A DNA stretch of 64,000 nt, taken from assembly GCA_963722385.1 (NCBI GenBank), contig CAVRKK010000001.1, positions 1 through 64,000 on the forward strand, in the 5' to 3' direction. Shown here in pieces: positions 50,253-60,013 of this stretch; the stretch's first letter is position 1, and the number at the start of each line of letters is the position of its first letter. The notes under the pieces are model-generated. The model was not told the DNA's origin. It made no database searches and worked only from the letters and a program-made list of their open reading frames with translations. The DNA comes from an uncultured bacterium. Its GTDB lineage: Bacteria; Babelota; Babeliae; Babelales; Babelaceae. A program made the position numbers and the translations under genes.

Positions 50253-50668
50253 GGTATTCTCCTCAAGTAAACGGATTTAAAAATGACTGATAGATTTTAT
50301 ATTTTTCCTTGCCTTTTCGCCTTATAACTCTTATATTATTTCAGTTATAACATATTTATACAAGAAATATCAACAAATTTGCGGACAAGAGAATAAAAAA
50401 GGTTTTATTCTTCCCCGTGTTCAGCACCAAACCAGGGGTAATTTTAAGAACTTTGTTAAAATTTGTTTGGTTTTCACCATTTTTTAAAAAGCTCTGGGGT
50501 AAATAAGCTCTGAAATCACCATGGATATTTAAATATTCCCTTTATCCCATCAAGCAAGATCGTTAAAGCCCAGGAAGCGAACACTGGCAAAGGTGTAGAA
50601 GTGGGTAAGATGACTAATGGGAGTGATAAATTATTGAGTTCTTGTCAAAAATATTGCTATTTTGATAA

Positions 50669-51073
50669 ATGCATATTCGAAGCAGAAAGCGCCGGCTTTT
50701 AAGCCGGCCGTGCTTTACTCGTTACGTATACTCAGCGGGCTATCAACGTTGGAAACGAATTACCGAATCCCAGTGGCTTCATGAAAAAATTAGTGATGAA
50801 TCTGAAAAAGCGCGGAAGCTTGCTGAGGCAGTCCGTGAAATAAGCAATAATCTTCCATCTGAATATGTTACAACACGGCTATTTTACCATTACAATCTCT
50901 TGCGTGAGCTGCGTAAGGAGAAGCCGGCTGATTTGCCTGAACATATCGATAGCGTCTGGTTAGAGAATGAAATAAAGTCATCGCTTGCTCAAACGAGGTT
51001 TGCCAAATTTGTCAAAGATCGATCCGCTTGGCTGGATCGCCGATTATATCCGCTGGTATCGGAAATAGCTTAA
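50669..51073 (+). pseudogene. Fragment carrying one copy of the repeat seen in 26598-28121
   Basis: GYQRWK...W...YNLLRE...P.D..EHIDSVWL; no convincing N-terminus. Confidence 0.5.
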
Positions 51074-51157
51074 ATTTTAGAAAAAACGACTTGCTTTCGC
51101 TTTTAAAAAAATGCTATTATAAGATAATAATATTTTAATTAACCAATATAGGCCTAA

Positions 51158-52576
51158 ATGATTGCAATATTGTTTTCATACATGATAGCTGCTTTATTGA
51201 GCTTCGTTATTTTTGCTGAAGAAAATACTCAGCCCTGCTTACCAGAATTTACTATGGTTACGCTCTCCACGCCCAATCGTGCGGGCTTTGCTGATATGGT
51301 TGAGAAAAATCAGCGAGTGTATGCTCGGCGTCACGGCTATGGCTACGTGAAGTTTGATCGTTCGTTAGATCCTTCTCGTCCTGAAGAGTGGAGCAAAATT
51401 AAGGCTTTACTGGAAGTGCTCAATGACACTAATCCCTGCTGGCTTCTATGGATAGATGACGATATTATAATCACCGACCCTCAAAAGCCTTTGACCTATT
51501 TTACTGATAAATATGGCCATGGCAAAGATCTCATTATTGCGCGCGACGCTGAGTATCAGCGGGGGGTTCCCTTTAACAATGGTATCTTTCTGCTGCGTAA
51601 TAGTCCTTGGAGCAGAGAATTTCTTAAAAATGTTTGGCAAGAGGGACCTAAAAGATCTTATCTGGTACGAGGCAAATCTCTTTTGGAGCAGCAGACGATG
51701 ACCGACCTTATCAATGAGAATGCGTTGGATGCTGCCAAATCTATCATTATTAATCAACGAGAGATAAACTCTTTTTTACGCTCGCCCTTTCAATACCCTA
51801 ACGATCCACCGGAATCTAAATGGCAACCCGGCGACTTCGCGGCCCATGTTACCGGTATGGCTCTTGAGCAACGCCGTGACATCATCAAGGAACTGTTAAC
51901 AGATTCGTATCGAGTGCCGGCCACTATGGTGGCTGAAGAAAGAAATCTTCAGAATAAGTTAAAAAAGCAGGAAGCAGAGAAATTAGTACAAGAACATATT
52001 TTAAAAACGGGCACTGATAAATTGACCGCTGATGCCTTAAGAGATGCTGCTTTGCAGGGTGATCCCGTTGCTCAACTTGAGGCGGCGGTTCTTTCTTTAC
52101 GTGAAGGTGATGAGGAAGGTGCAAAATTTTACCTTAATCTTGCTCGCCTCCATGGCGTTGGGCAAGCAGGAAAAGTTTTAGACCATTTACCCCAGGTACC
52201 CAATCTGCGACCGCTCAGATCCCAGGAAGACGAATGCTCGCTTAAGCTTGCTGCTGACGCGGGTGATCCGAAAGCTATGCTTGATATAGGCCTCATATAT
52301 TCGCGATCCAATAACAAAGAGAAAGAAGCGCGCTCTTATCTTAATCGCGCGAGTGAAAATGGTGTTATGGTAGCTACCGCAATCTTAAAAAATAGTGATA
52401 AGCAAGAACACCTGCTCAAGTTTGCGGCTGATACTGGTGATGCAAACGCTCAGTACCAACTCGGCTGGTTTTATCTAACGCGCGCTCGAAATAGCGAAGC
52501 AGAGCACTATTTTAGCTTGGCTCTGCATAATGGTGTTGAGCTTGCAGAAATTATGCTCGGGATCGCCAAAAATTGA
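51158..52576 (+). CDS. GT34 (GMA12/MNN10-like) glycosyltransferase fused to Sel1/TPR-like repeats
   Basis: N...YA..HGY, WSKI, WLLWIDDD, NNG.FLLRN..WS..FL, EQ, WQPGDF..H..G; C-terminal AA..GD..A...LG..Y repeats. Confidence 0.85.
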   Translation: MIAILFSYMIAALLSFVIFAEENTQPCLPEFTMVTLSTPNRAGFADMVEKNQRVYARRHGYGYVKFDRSLDPSRPEEWSKIKALLEVLNDTNPCWLLWIDDDIIITDPQKPLTYFTDKYGHGKDLIIARDAEYQRGVPFNNGIFLLRNSPWSREFLKNVWQEGPKRSYLVRGKSLLEQQTMTDLINENALDAAKSIIINQREINSFLRSPFQYPNDPPESKWQPGDFAAHVTGMALEQRRDIIKELLTDSYRVPATMVAEERNLQNKLKKQEAEKLVQEHILKTGTDKLTADALRDAALQGDPVAQLEAAVLSLREGDEEGAKFYLNLARLHGVGQAGKVLDHLPQVPNLRPLRSQEDECSLKLAADAGDPKAMLDIGLIYSRSNNKEKEARSYLNRASENGVMVATAILKNSDKQEHLLKFAADTGDANAQYQLGWFYLTRARNSEAEHYFSLALHNGVELAEIMLGIAKN

Positions 52577-52604
52577 TATGAGCCGTAGCTATATAAATGC
52601 GTAT

Positions 52605-52877
52605 CTATAGTGTTAGCACATCCGTATCGCCATATCGGCCAGGCCAAAAGTATCCTCTATCTGGGTAGCCGAAATCATCAACTTCGAATGGCTCACAGGA
52701 CTTTTTTGCGTTTCCCTTGATATCGTAAATTGTTCTGCACCAACCAATTTGGCCGTTCCACCGCATACAATATTGGCCTTCTTTTTTGCAAAGAATAGGT
52801 GCTTGAGGACAATATTTTTCGGCAGAAGCTTGTGCCATTATGCTTAATAGAACAAACAACAGATACTTTTTCTTCAT
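52605..52877 (-). CDS. Small secreted Cys-rich protein
   Basis: GGGGG RBS, MKKKYLLFVLL..AQASA signal, CKKEGQYC...GWC...C. Confidence 0.7.
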   Translation of the reverse strand: MKKKYLLFVLLSIMAQASAEKYCPQAPILCKKEGQYCMRWNGQIGWCRTIYDIKGNAKKSCEPFEVDDFGYPDRGYFWPGRYGDTDVLTL

Positions 52878-52912
52878 AGCCTTTCCCCCTTTATTGCTAC
52901 GATCTTTTTTCC

Positions 52913-53149
52913 TCAATCAATTTTGGGCCCTGTGCCGTGCTCACAAACAAAGCATTTACTGTCCAAAGAGTTATATACTTGGCGACAAAATCCCCACGTT
53001 CTGCCATCCTTCATGAGGCAGGGGTCGCGCTCCTTGCAATCAGTAGATTTTGGTGGCGGCGTAATTATTTCGCACGTACCCTCACGTGCCCAGCACGCAT
53101 TCATGGTTAGGAGTGAGAGAGCCATAAATATTTTCAGTTTCTTTATCAT
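52913..53149 (-). CDS. Small secreted Cys-rich protein (paralog of its neighbour)
   Basis: GAGG RBS, signal peptide, CKERDPC...WGFCRQVY...C..C. Confidence 0.7.
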   Translation of the reverse strand: MIKKLKIFMALSLLTMNACWAREGTCEIITPPPKSTDCKERDPCLMKDGRTWGFCRQVYNSLDSKCFVCEHGTGPKID

Positions 53150-53312
53150 AATTTCCTCGGTTGCCAATAAGCCGATTACAATTACATATTAGAAATATTA
53201 TATATGAAAAAGCAAGGCTTTTTTAAGAATTTGGTTAATCTTGTATAAATTAGCATAGATCTCCTCTGCTATCTTTGATAAACTAACACTATACCTTTTT
53301 CTTGTAAGAATT

Positions 53313-56300
53313 ATGTCTCAACATTTTACGCATCTGCATGTGCACACCGATTATTCTTTGTTGGATGGCGCTATAGCGCTTGAGAAGCTTGTTGCCTTTG
53401 GCCAGCATAACAAGTGTCAAGCGCTTGCTATCACTGATCATGGCAATATTTTTGGTGCAGTTAAATTTTTTCAGCTATGCAAGAAGGCCGGCATAAAGCC
53501 GGTTTTGGGTATGGAGGCATATCTTACTGAAGATGTACGCGTTAAAGATGTTACCAATAAGTATTATCACATAATTATTATCGTTGAGAATGCGCAAGGC
53601 TATAAGAATCTTTGCAAGCTTCTCTCATTTGCGTATTCTGATGGCTTTTACTTTAAGCCGCGCATTGATTATAAAATGCTCGAAGCTCATTCTGAGGGGC
53701 TTATTGTCACGTCAGCCTGTTTGGGAGGTCATATTCCCACCTTGCTCATGCAAGAGCAGTATAATCAGGCAGAGCAATGGATTGATTGGTATATGCGGGT
53801 GTTTGGTCCTGAGCGCTTTTACCTCGAAGTACAGCCTGAGGATCAAAAAGACCAAAAACTTTTGAATGACCAGTTATGGCAGTTGAGCGCAACAAAGGGC
53901 ATTCAGGTGGTGGCGACAGGTGACTGCCATTACGTTTCTGCTGATGATCGGGAAGCGCATGAGGTAATGCTGGCTATACAAACGCATCATAAGGTGAGCG
54001 ACCCTGACCGCTTTACGTTTGGTGATTGTCGGGTTCATTTACGTTCAGCGCAAGAGATGCTCGAGGTTTTTAAGGACCACCCCGAAGCCGTTTGGGCATC
54101 AGGTGTTATCGCCGACCGGTGTAATTTTACTTTCGAGACGGGCAAGCTTTTCTTCCCTCAGTTTGAGATCCCGCCAGCTTATACACAAGACAGCTATTTT
54201 AAGCAGTTGTGCGTTCAGGGGTTGCAGTCGTTGATCGATACTCAGCGCCTTGAAAAGAGCAAAGAGGAAGTATACTGGGAGCGTTTGTACCTCGAGGTAG
54301 ATCTGATCATAACGATGGGCTTTGTGGGCTATTTTTTGGTGGTAAGTGATTTTATTCAATGGGCTCGTGTACAGCAGATACCTGTCGGCCCGGGGCGCGG
54401 GTCAGCAGCTGGATCGCTTGTTGCATGGGCCTTGCAAATTACCGATATTGATCCCTTGCGGTACAATTTACTTTTTGAGCGCTTTTTAAATCCTGAGCGC
54501 GTAAGCATGCCTGATATCGATATCGATTTTTGCATTGAGGGTCGTGATCGCGTTATTAACTATGTGCGCCAGCGTTATGGTCATGATAAGGTATGTCAAA
54601 TTATTACCTTTGGTACCATGATGGCTAAGGGCGTTATCAAAGATGTTGCTCGCGCGCTCGGGTTCCCTTTTGAGGATTCCAATGCGCTGACTGATCTGAT
54701 TCCTGACCAGCTTAAAATTACGCTTAAAGAGGCATTGGAGGCTGAACCGCGCCTGAAGAAGCTTATTGAGAGCAATCCGCAAGTTGCCAAGCTTTTTGAT
54801 TTGGCATTCCGTCTTGAGGGCCTAACGCGCCATGCGTCCAAGCATGCTGCAGGCATCGTGATATCGCCAGAGCCTATTTCTGAGGTGCTTCCTGTCTACG
54901 TGCCTCCTAAAACTACTGATCTGGTAACTCAATATGCTATGACGGAGCTTGAAAGTCTGGGCTTTCTCAAGATGGATTTTTTGGGGCTCAAGAACTTAAC
55001 GCTTATCCAACGAGCGTGCGCGCTTATTGAAAAGAATCATAATAAGTTGCTTGATATTCCCTGCTTACCGTTAGAAAATCCTAAGACCTTTGCTCTTTTG
55101 TGCCGCGGCGATACATCAGGCGTATTCCAGTTGGAATCTGATGGTATTAAAGATGTTTTGCGTCGTTTGCAGCCGGAAGTATTTGAGGACATCATTGCCG
55201 TGAACGCTCTTTATCGGCCCGGACCACTTGGCTCTGGTATGGTGGATGATTTTATTGAGCGTAAGCATGGGCGCCAAAAAATAGCGTATATTTTCCCTGA
55301 GCTTGAGCCTGTTCTTAAAGAAACGTACGGCGTTATTGTCTATCAGGAGCAGGTAATGAAGATCGCTTCGGTTATTGCTGGCTACAGCTTGGGCGAAGCT
55401 GATATTTTGCGGCGTGCTATGGGCAAGAAGAAGCCTGAGGAGATGGCAAAGCAAAAAACAATCTTTGTCACGCGCGCGCAGGAGGGCTCATTCGATAAGG
55501 CAAAAGCAGAGCAGCTTTTCGAACTCATGGCCTATTTTGCTGGCTATGGGTTTAACAAGTCCCACTCAGCGGCTTATGCGCTTATTGCGTACCAGACGGC
55601 CTATCTTAAGGCGAATTATCCTGCCGAGTTTATGGCATGCTTAATATCGCTTGAGGCATCGGATGCTGAAAAGATGGCTTTTTATCTTTCCGAGGCGAAG
55701 ACCTCTGGTATTACTATTTTACCGCCCGATATCAATATGTCGCTGATGGACTTTGATGCGGTTCAAAATACCGGTGAGGCGTTATCGGTACGTTTCGGTT
55801 TAAAAGGTATAAAAAATGTTGGCCAGGCGGCGCTTGAAGAAATATTTCTCCAGCGCGAAAAAGGTGGTCCTTTTATCGACATGCTCGATCTTTGTACGCG
55901 TATTGATCTTCGAGTATGCAATAAGCGTGTTTTGGAGAGCCTTATCTGTTCGGGGGCATGCGATGTCTTGCCAGGCAACCGCGCCCAAAAATGTGAGGAG
56001 CTTGGCAAAATTATTGACCGTGCTTTTGAAAAAAAGAGGGCGGCCGAGACGGGCCAGCTTGGTCTTTTCCACGTTGCTTCTTCAGGAGCCGAGAATTTGC
56101 CTGAGCACTATTCTTTTATTCCGCTTGCCGAGTGGCCGGAGCGCGTTAAACTTGAGAAAGAGAAAGAAGTTGTCGGTATATTTATTACGGCGCATCCTCT
56201 TGATAGTTATGCCCAGATGCTCACCTGGCTTAATGTGGTAACGGTGCAGAAACTTGCTGAGCAAGGGTCGTCTACGCAGAATGTGCTTGTGGTCGGCTTT

Positions 56301-56786
56301 ATTAAGTCATCACGGACGATTACGACAAAGAAGGGCGATACGATGGCTTTTATGCAGCTTGAAGATAAATCGGCAACAGCCGAAATCGTTATTTTCCCCA
56401 AGCTTTATGAAAAAGTATCATCGTGGTTGAAAGAGCATATGACATTTGTTATTGATGGTGTGCCTGATAGCGTCAGTAAAGATCTGGTAAAAATTAAGGC
56501 GCAAAGTATTATTCCCTTGGATCTTCTGGTCAAAGATGGCCTAGGCGTAGAGGGGCTCACGCTAACCCTGCCTGCGATGTTCAGCGAGGAGCTTTTGTCG
56601 TGTATCAAGCAAAGCTTTACCGCCGGGCCGACCAAGCTGAGCTTTGTGGTACACGAAAATGGCAAGCGCCTGCGCATCGCATCAAAAGAGAGAATTGCTT
56701 ATTCGGCTACCGTTTGTTCCTCTTTGGCACAGCACGGCATTGCTATCGCCCTTGATGTAAAGAGCGATTTGACGAGAGTTTCTTGA
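53313..56786 (+). CDS. dnaE: DNA polymerase III alpha subunit
   Basis: HLHVHT.YSLLDG PHP domain, GPGRGSAAGS, PDIDIDF, KMDFLGL, GYGFNKSHSAAY, OB fold. Confidence 0.99.
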   Translation: MSQHFTHLHVHTDYSLLDGAIALEKLVAFGQHNKCQALAITDHGNIFGAVKFFQLCKKAGIKPVLGMEAYLTEDVRVKDVTNKYYHIIIIVENAQGYKNLCKLLSFAYSDGFYFKPRIDYKMLEAHSEGLIVTSACLGGHIPTLLMQEQYNQAEQWIDWYMRVFGPERFYLEVQPEDQKDQKLLNDQLWQLSATKGIQVVATGDCHYVSADDREAHEVMLAIQTHHKVSDPDRFTFGDCRVHLRSAQEMLEVFKDHPEAVWASGVIADRCNFTFETGKLFFPQFEIPPAYTQDSYFKQLCVQGLQSLIDTQRLEKSKEEVYWERLYLEVDLIITMGFVGYFLVVSDFIQWARVQQIPVGPGRGSAAGSLVAWALQITDIDPLRYNLLFERFLNPERVSMPDIDIDFCIEGRDRVINYVRQRYGHDKVCQIITFGTMMAKGVIKDVARALGFPFEDSNALTDLIPDQLKITLKEALEAEPRLKKLIESNPQVAKLFDLAFRLEGLTRHASKHAAGIVISPEPISEVLPVYVPPKTTDLVTQYAMTELESLGFLKMDFLGLKNLTLIQRACALIEKNHNKLLDIPCLPLENPKTFALLCRGDTSGVFQLESDGIKDVLRRLQPEVFEDIIAVNALYRPGPLGSGMVDDFIERKHGRQKIAYIFPELEPVLKETYGVIVYQEQVMKIASVIAGYSLGEADILRRAMGKKKPEEMAKQKTIFVTRAQEGSFDKAKAEQLFELMAYFAGYGFNKSHSAAYALIAYQTAYLKANYPAEFMACLISLEASDAEKMAFYLSEAKTSGITILPPDINMSLMDFDAVQNTGEALSVRFGLKGIKNVGQAALEEIFLQREKGGPFIDMLDLCTRIDLRVCNKRVLESLICSGACDVLPGNRAQKCEELGKIIDRAFEKKRAAETGQLGLFHVASSGAENLPEHYSFIPLAEWPERVKLEKEKEVVGIFITAHPLDSYAQMLTWLNVVTVQKLAEQGSSTQNVLVVGFIKSSRTITTKKGDTMAFMQLEDKSATAEIVIFPKLYEKVSSWLKEHMTFVIDGVPDSVSKDLVKIKAQSIIPLDLLVKDGLGVEGLTLTLPAMFSEELLSCIKQSFTAGPTKLSFVVHENGKRLRIASKERIAYSATVCSSLAQHGIAIALDVKSDLTRVS

Positions 56787-57405
56787 GGCGGCTTATTCGA
56801 TTCTTTTATTTATTCACCAGCTTTCTATATTGCATGGTACGCTGAAATACACCATTGCGTTTATAGGTAAGGTAATCTTGAACATACGGTAAACTTTATA
56901 TCATTTATTTCAAGATTTTGTCTTTTATGCTTGTTGCTAGCCAAGGGCATGTAGATTTTGTGAATTACATCATTGGCCTCGATCGTGCCGACAATCTCAA
57001 TCTTAATATGACCTATGCCTATAATCACATAAATTTTCTTCTTAATAACCAAGAATTACAGCATGCAAGCAATACCTATGCCACTATCTATGCTTTACTT
57101 GAGAACTATTATTTTTTCGACATACCAAGAGCGCGTTGAGCAGTCACCTACCGAGTCAACATTATAAATGCTCGGTGCAGGCTTCGAGCTACCCCCATAT
57201 CTTACTACTCGGTTATCGGTTTTATTGTGCAGTATCTAGGCTTGCATTGCTCCCCTAGCGCTCACCTGGGATATATGAAGTGATCGTGTTATTCAGTTTT
57301 TGCCAAGCACTTGTCAGCTAGAACTCACACAAAATTATTGAAACCCGCAATTATTTTGTATTAAGCTATAAAATGTAATTATAAAATAATTAAAAAGGGG
57401 TTTCT

Positions 57406-57756
57406 ATGAAGCATTGTCTGTTATTGGTTAAAATCTTGGGTGCGTTATGTCTTTATGTGTCCGTTTTCACTTTATCGGCGGCGCCCGCAAAGCCTACGTT
57501 TGGCGACTGGGTAAAAAGTTGGGTGGCCTGGTTTAAAGGTGAATCTAAAGAATTTGCTGAGAAAAAATTGAGCAAGGAAAAGCAAGAGTATTACGGTTAC
57601 GCCGGTCCCGTCAAACATCCGACAGAAGTTGAATATTATGGATATTATGAGAGTAAAAAAGGCAAGAAGCCGGAGCTTTTTGGTTTTTACGGTTATTACG
57701 AAACCAAGCCAGGCGCCAAGCCCCATGAATACTATGAATATTATAAAGGCAAATAG
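57406..57756 (+). CDS. Secreted Tyr/Gly/Lys-rich repeat protein
   Basis: Signal peptide; four EYYGY(Y)-like repeats. Confidence 0.75.
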   Translation: MKHCLLLVKILGALCLYVSVFTLSAAPAKPTFGDWVKSWVAWFKGESKEFAEKKLSKEKQEYYGYAGPVKHPTEVEYYGYYESKKGKKPELFGFYGYYETKPGAKPHEYYEYYKGK

Positions 57757-57777
57757 ATTTTGTATTGAAGGTTATTT

Positions 57778-57999
57778 ATGAAGCAATACTTATTAGTTTT
57801 AATGTTCGCGCTTATTTTTAGCCAGGGGTGTGTTGCTATGCACGTGCATGGACCTCGAGTACATAAAGTATGTGACTCACATAATTTAGGGGAACCGTGC
57901 GAACTTTCGCCTACTAAAACTGGTCGCTGTAAACCTTTAACGGTAGAAACAGTGAGAGGCGAGCGAGCGGTTGTTGCGGGGTGCGTACTTTCTAAGTGA
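57778..57999 (+). CDS. Small secreted Cys-rich protein
   Basis: Signal peptide; C.....GEPC......GRC...C. Confidence 0.65.
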   Translation: MKQYLLVLMFALIFSQGCVAMHVHGPRVHKVCDSHNLGEPCELSPTKTGRCKPLTVETVRGERAVVAGCVLSK

Positions 58000-58080
58000 G
58001 AGGAACTTGTTTGCTTTATGGAACAGTTGTCGATCTTTCGCAGGATGCATATTATTAAGCTGTGAGCATTATTTAAAAAA

Positions 58081-58225
58081 GGCCTGCGCGGCCAGCGGCA
58101 AGCGAGGTTCTCGCAAACCCCCTTGCAACTCGTGCGCCAGGGTTCCCCTGGACCCAATCCAAGCGGCCCTACTCATGCACCTTGCATTCCGAAAGAATGC
58201 GCCGGGCTACTCGGAGGGCCTCATC
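58081..58225. repeat. GC-rich structured dispersed element, copy C
   Basis: Collinear with 30054-30222, with compensatory changes in stems. Confidence 0.75.
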
Positions 58226-58266
58226 AGTCTTTTATTTATTAAAGATTTTGGCAAAAAAGATTACCG

Positions 58267-58830
58267 CTATATCTCGCTATTTAGCCTACAACCTATTTTT
58301 GTATAATGGGAAAGCTCTTCCAAGCATTGATCTATTTCTTGCTGATTTTTAAGAACGTAAATTTTTTTGGTATTCTTGTAAGCGTTTAATAATTCGTAGA
58401 TTTTGGGACGGTAATTAGCCTTAAAATCCCATGCCCACTTTAGAAATTTTATAAATGCCCAATTAATTCTTTCGGGGCATTTATGAGCACCGGTGGGCCG
58501 TTCTTGTCCGTAATATTTAATGGCTCGTTTGGTAATCCGCAACAAGCAAGTAAAACGCGGGATGTCCAAAAAAATGATGACATCGGCCCTTTGAATGCGG
58601 TAATCAAGAAGCCGCAGATTCATGCCATCGGTAATCCATTCTTCTTGGTCGCATAGCTCGTTATGAATTTTCTTATACTCTTCGGGGTCTGGTTGCGTCC
58701 AATTGGGTTTCCAGAAATATTTGTCTAAGTGATAAACGGGCAACCTGAGAATCTGAGATAACTTTTGTGCTAATGTTGATTTGCCAGAGCCCGCATTACC
58801 AATAATGGCTATTCTTTTTATATTGTTCAT
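58267..58830 (-). CDS. FlaR-like adenylate-kinase-family P-loop protein
   Basis: IIGNAGSGKSTLA, HLD..FW.PNW, WI.DG, RAD.IIFLD, CPER...F. Confidence 0.9.
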   Translation of the reverse strand: MNNIKRIAIIGNAGSGKSTLAQKLSQILRLPVYHLDKYFWKPNWTQPDPEEYKKIHNELCDQEEWITDGMNLRLLDYRIQRADVIIFLDIPRFTCLLRITKRAIKYYGQERPTGAHKCPERINWAFIKFLKWAWDFKANYRPKIYELLNAYKNTKKIYVLKNQQEIDQCLEELSHYTKIGCRLNSEI

Positions 58831-58957
58831 GACTCTTAAACCGCGATATAGAATAATTTTATAATAACCATGTTAGACAGATTGTCAAACCTGCCATTTT
58901 TTCTCTTGACTGCTTTTGACCCAAGTCGTTATGTTGAATAAAAAGTGATGGGCTGAC

Positions 58958-59956
58958 ATGGTAAAGCGGAAATCAGCAGTTGCGCAAGGAACCCGTATAT
59001 CTGAGCTTTTGAGAAGATGGGGACATGCAGTATCTCTTGGTCTCTATAATCCTGATTGCCTATTTTTTGAAGTGCCAGGTATTGAGGGGGTAATCGGGTA
59101 TCGTCTCATAGCTCGATGTGCTGTTGTATATGGTAATCCTGTCTGCCAACCTTATGACATGGGGCGGTTGATGAAGGCATTCGATGATTACTGCAGGGCG
59201 CGGGGTTATCGCGTTGTATATGTTGCTGCTTCTGCGGCTTGCCTGAGCTGGCCCCATACTCAAAGTCACTATGGGATCCTTGAGATTGGCACCGAAATAA
59301 TTCTTGATCCTGCTGACTGCCCCAGACATGCTACGGGCAGGCGTGCCAGTGTTCTACGCAATAAGTATAATCAGTCATTGCGGGCAGGTCTCACGGTTGC
59401 CGAATATTGTGGCGGTGATGGTTTACTCGAAGAGGCGCTTGAACAGTTAGGTAAAACGTGGCAGCAAAATAGGCCTCGGCGCCAGCTCTACCTGTATCCT
59501 CTTGACCTATTTTTAGACCGTGCAAATAAGCGCTGGTTTTATGTAACTCATAAAGACCATTTGGTTGCTGCGCTGATGCTGAACAGGCTTGATTGTTATG
59601 ACGGATGGGTGATTAATATGTTGATGCTTACGCCGATGGCTCCCGCCACGACGTCTGAATTTTTGGTTATGTCGGTGCTCGATATATTAGCCGAGGAAGG
59701 GTGTCGCTTTTTTTCTATTGGGTCGTTACCCGGCTCTCCCTTACGTGCCGTAAAAGGATTCTCGCCGCGTTATCTCAGCAGTGTTAATCTTTTTTACGAA
59801 AGAATGCATCAATGGTTTTCGCTCCATGACCGCCAACGTTATTGGCAAAAATTTCAACCGCGCCAAGAGCCATCATTTCTTCTATTAAATAGGCGTTATT
59901 TTGGCGTGCGCGAGATGATAGCTCTTTTGCGAACATTTAGTATGCGCTTATTTTAA
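58958..59956 (+). CDS. Stand-alone DUF2156 (MprF/aaPG synthase catalytic-like) protein
   Basis: IGYR....AVV.G.PVC, IG.E..LD, LR....., E.L, L..EG...FS.G, KF.P..EP. Confidence 0.8.
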   Translation: MVKRKSAVAQGTRISELLRRWGHAVSLGLYNPDCLFFEVPGIEGVIGYRLIARCAVVYGNPVCQPYDMGRLMKAFDDYCRARGYRVVYVAASAACLSWPHTQSHYGILEIGTEIILDPADCPRHATGRRASVLRNKYNQSLRAGLTVAEYCGGDGLLEEALEQLGKTWQQNRPRRQLYLYPLDLFLDRANKRWFYVTHKDHLVAALMLNRLDCYDGWVINMLMLTPMAPATTSEFLVMSVLDILAEEGCRFFSIGSLPGSPLRAVKGFSPRYLSSVNLFYERMHQWFSLHDRQRYWQKFQPRQEPSFLLLNRRYFGVREMIALLRTFSMRLF

Positions 59957-60013
59957 GCACCGGGGGAAAAGAGACTCTCTTGAGATCTGCTAGGGTTTAG
60001 ACCTCTGGCAAAG

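Noticed and set aside
56861..57300. Short ORFs downstream of dnaE
   Set aside because: No start signals or motifs; at most an unidentifiable remnant
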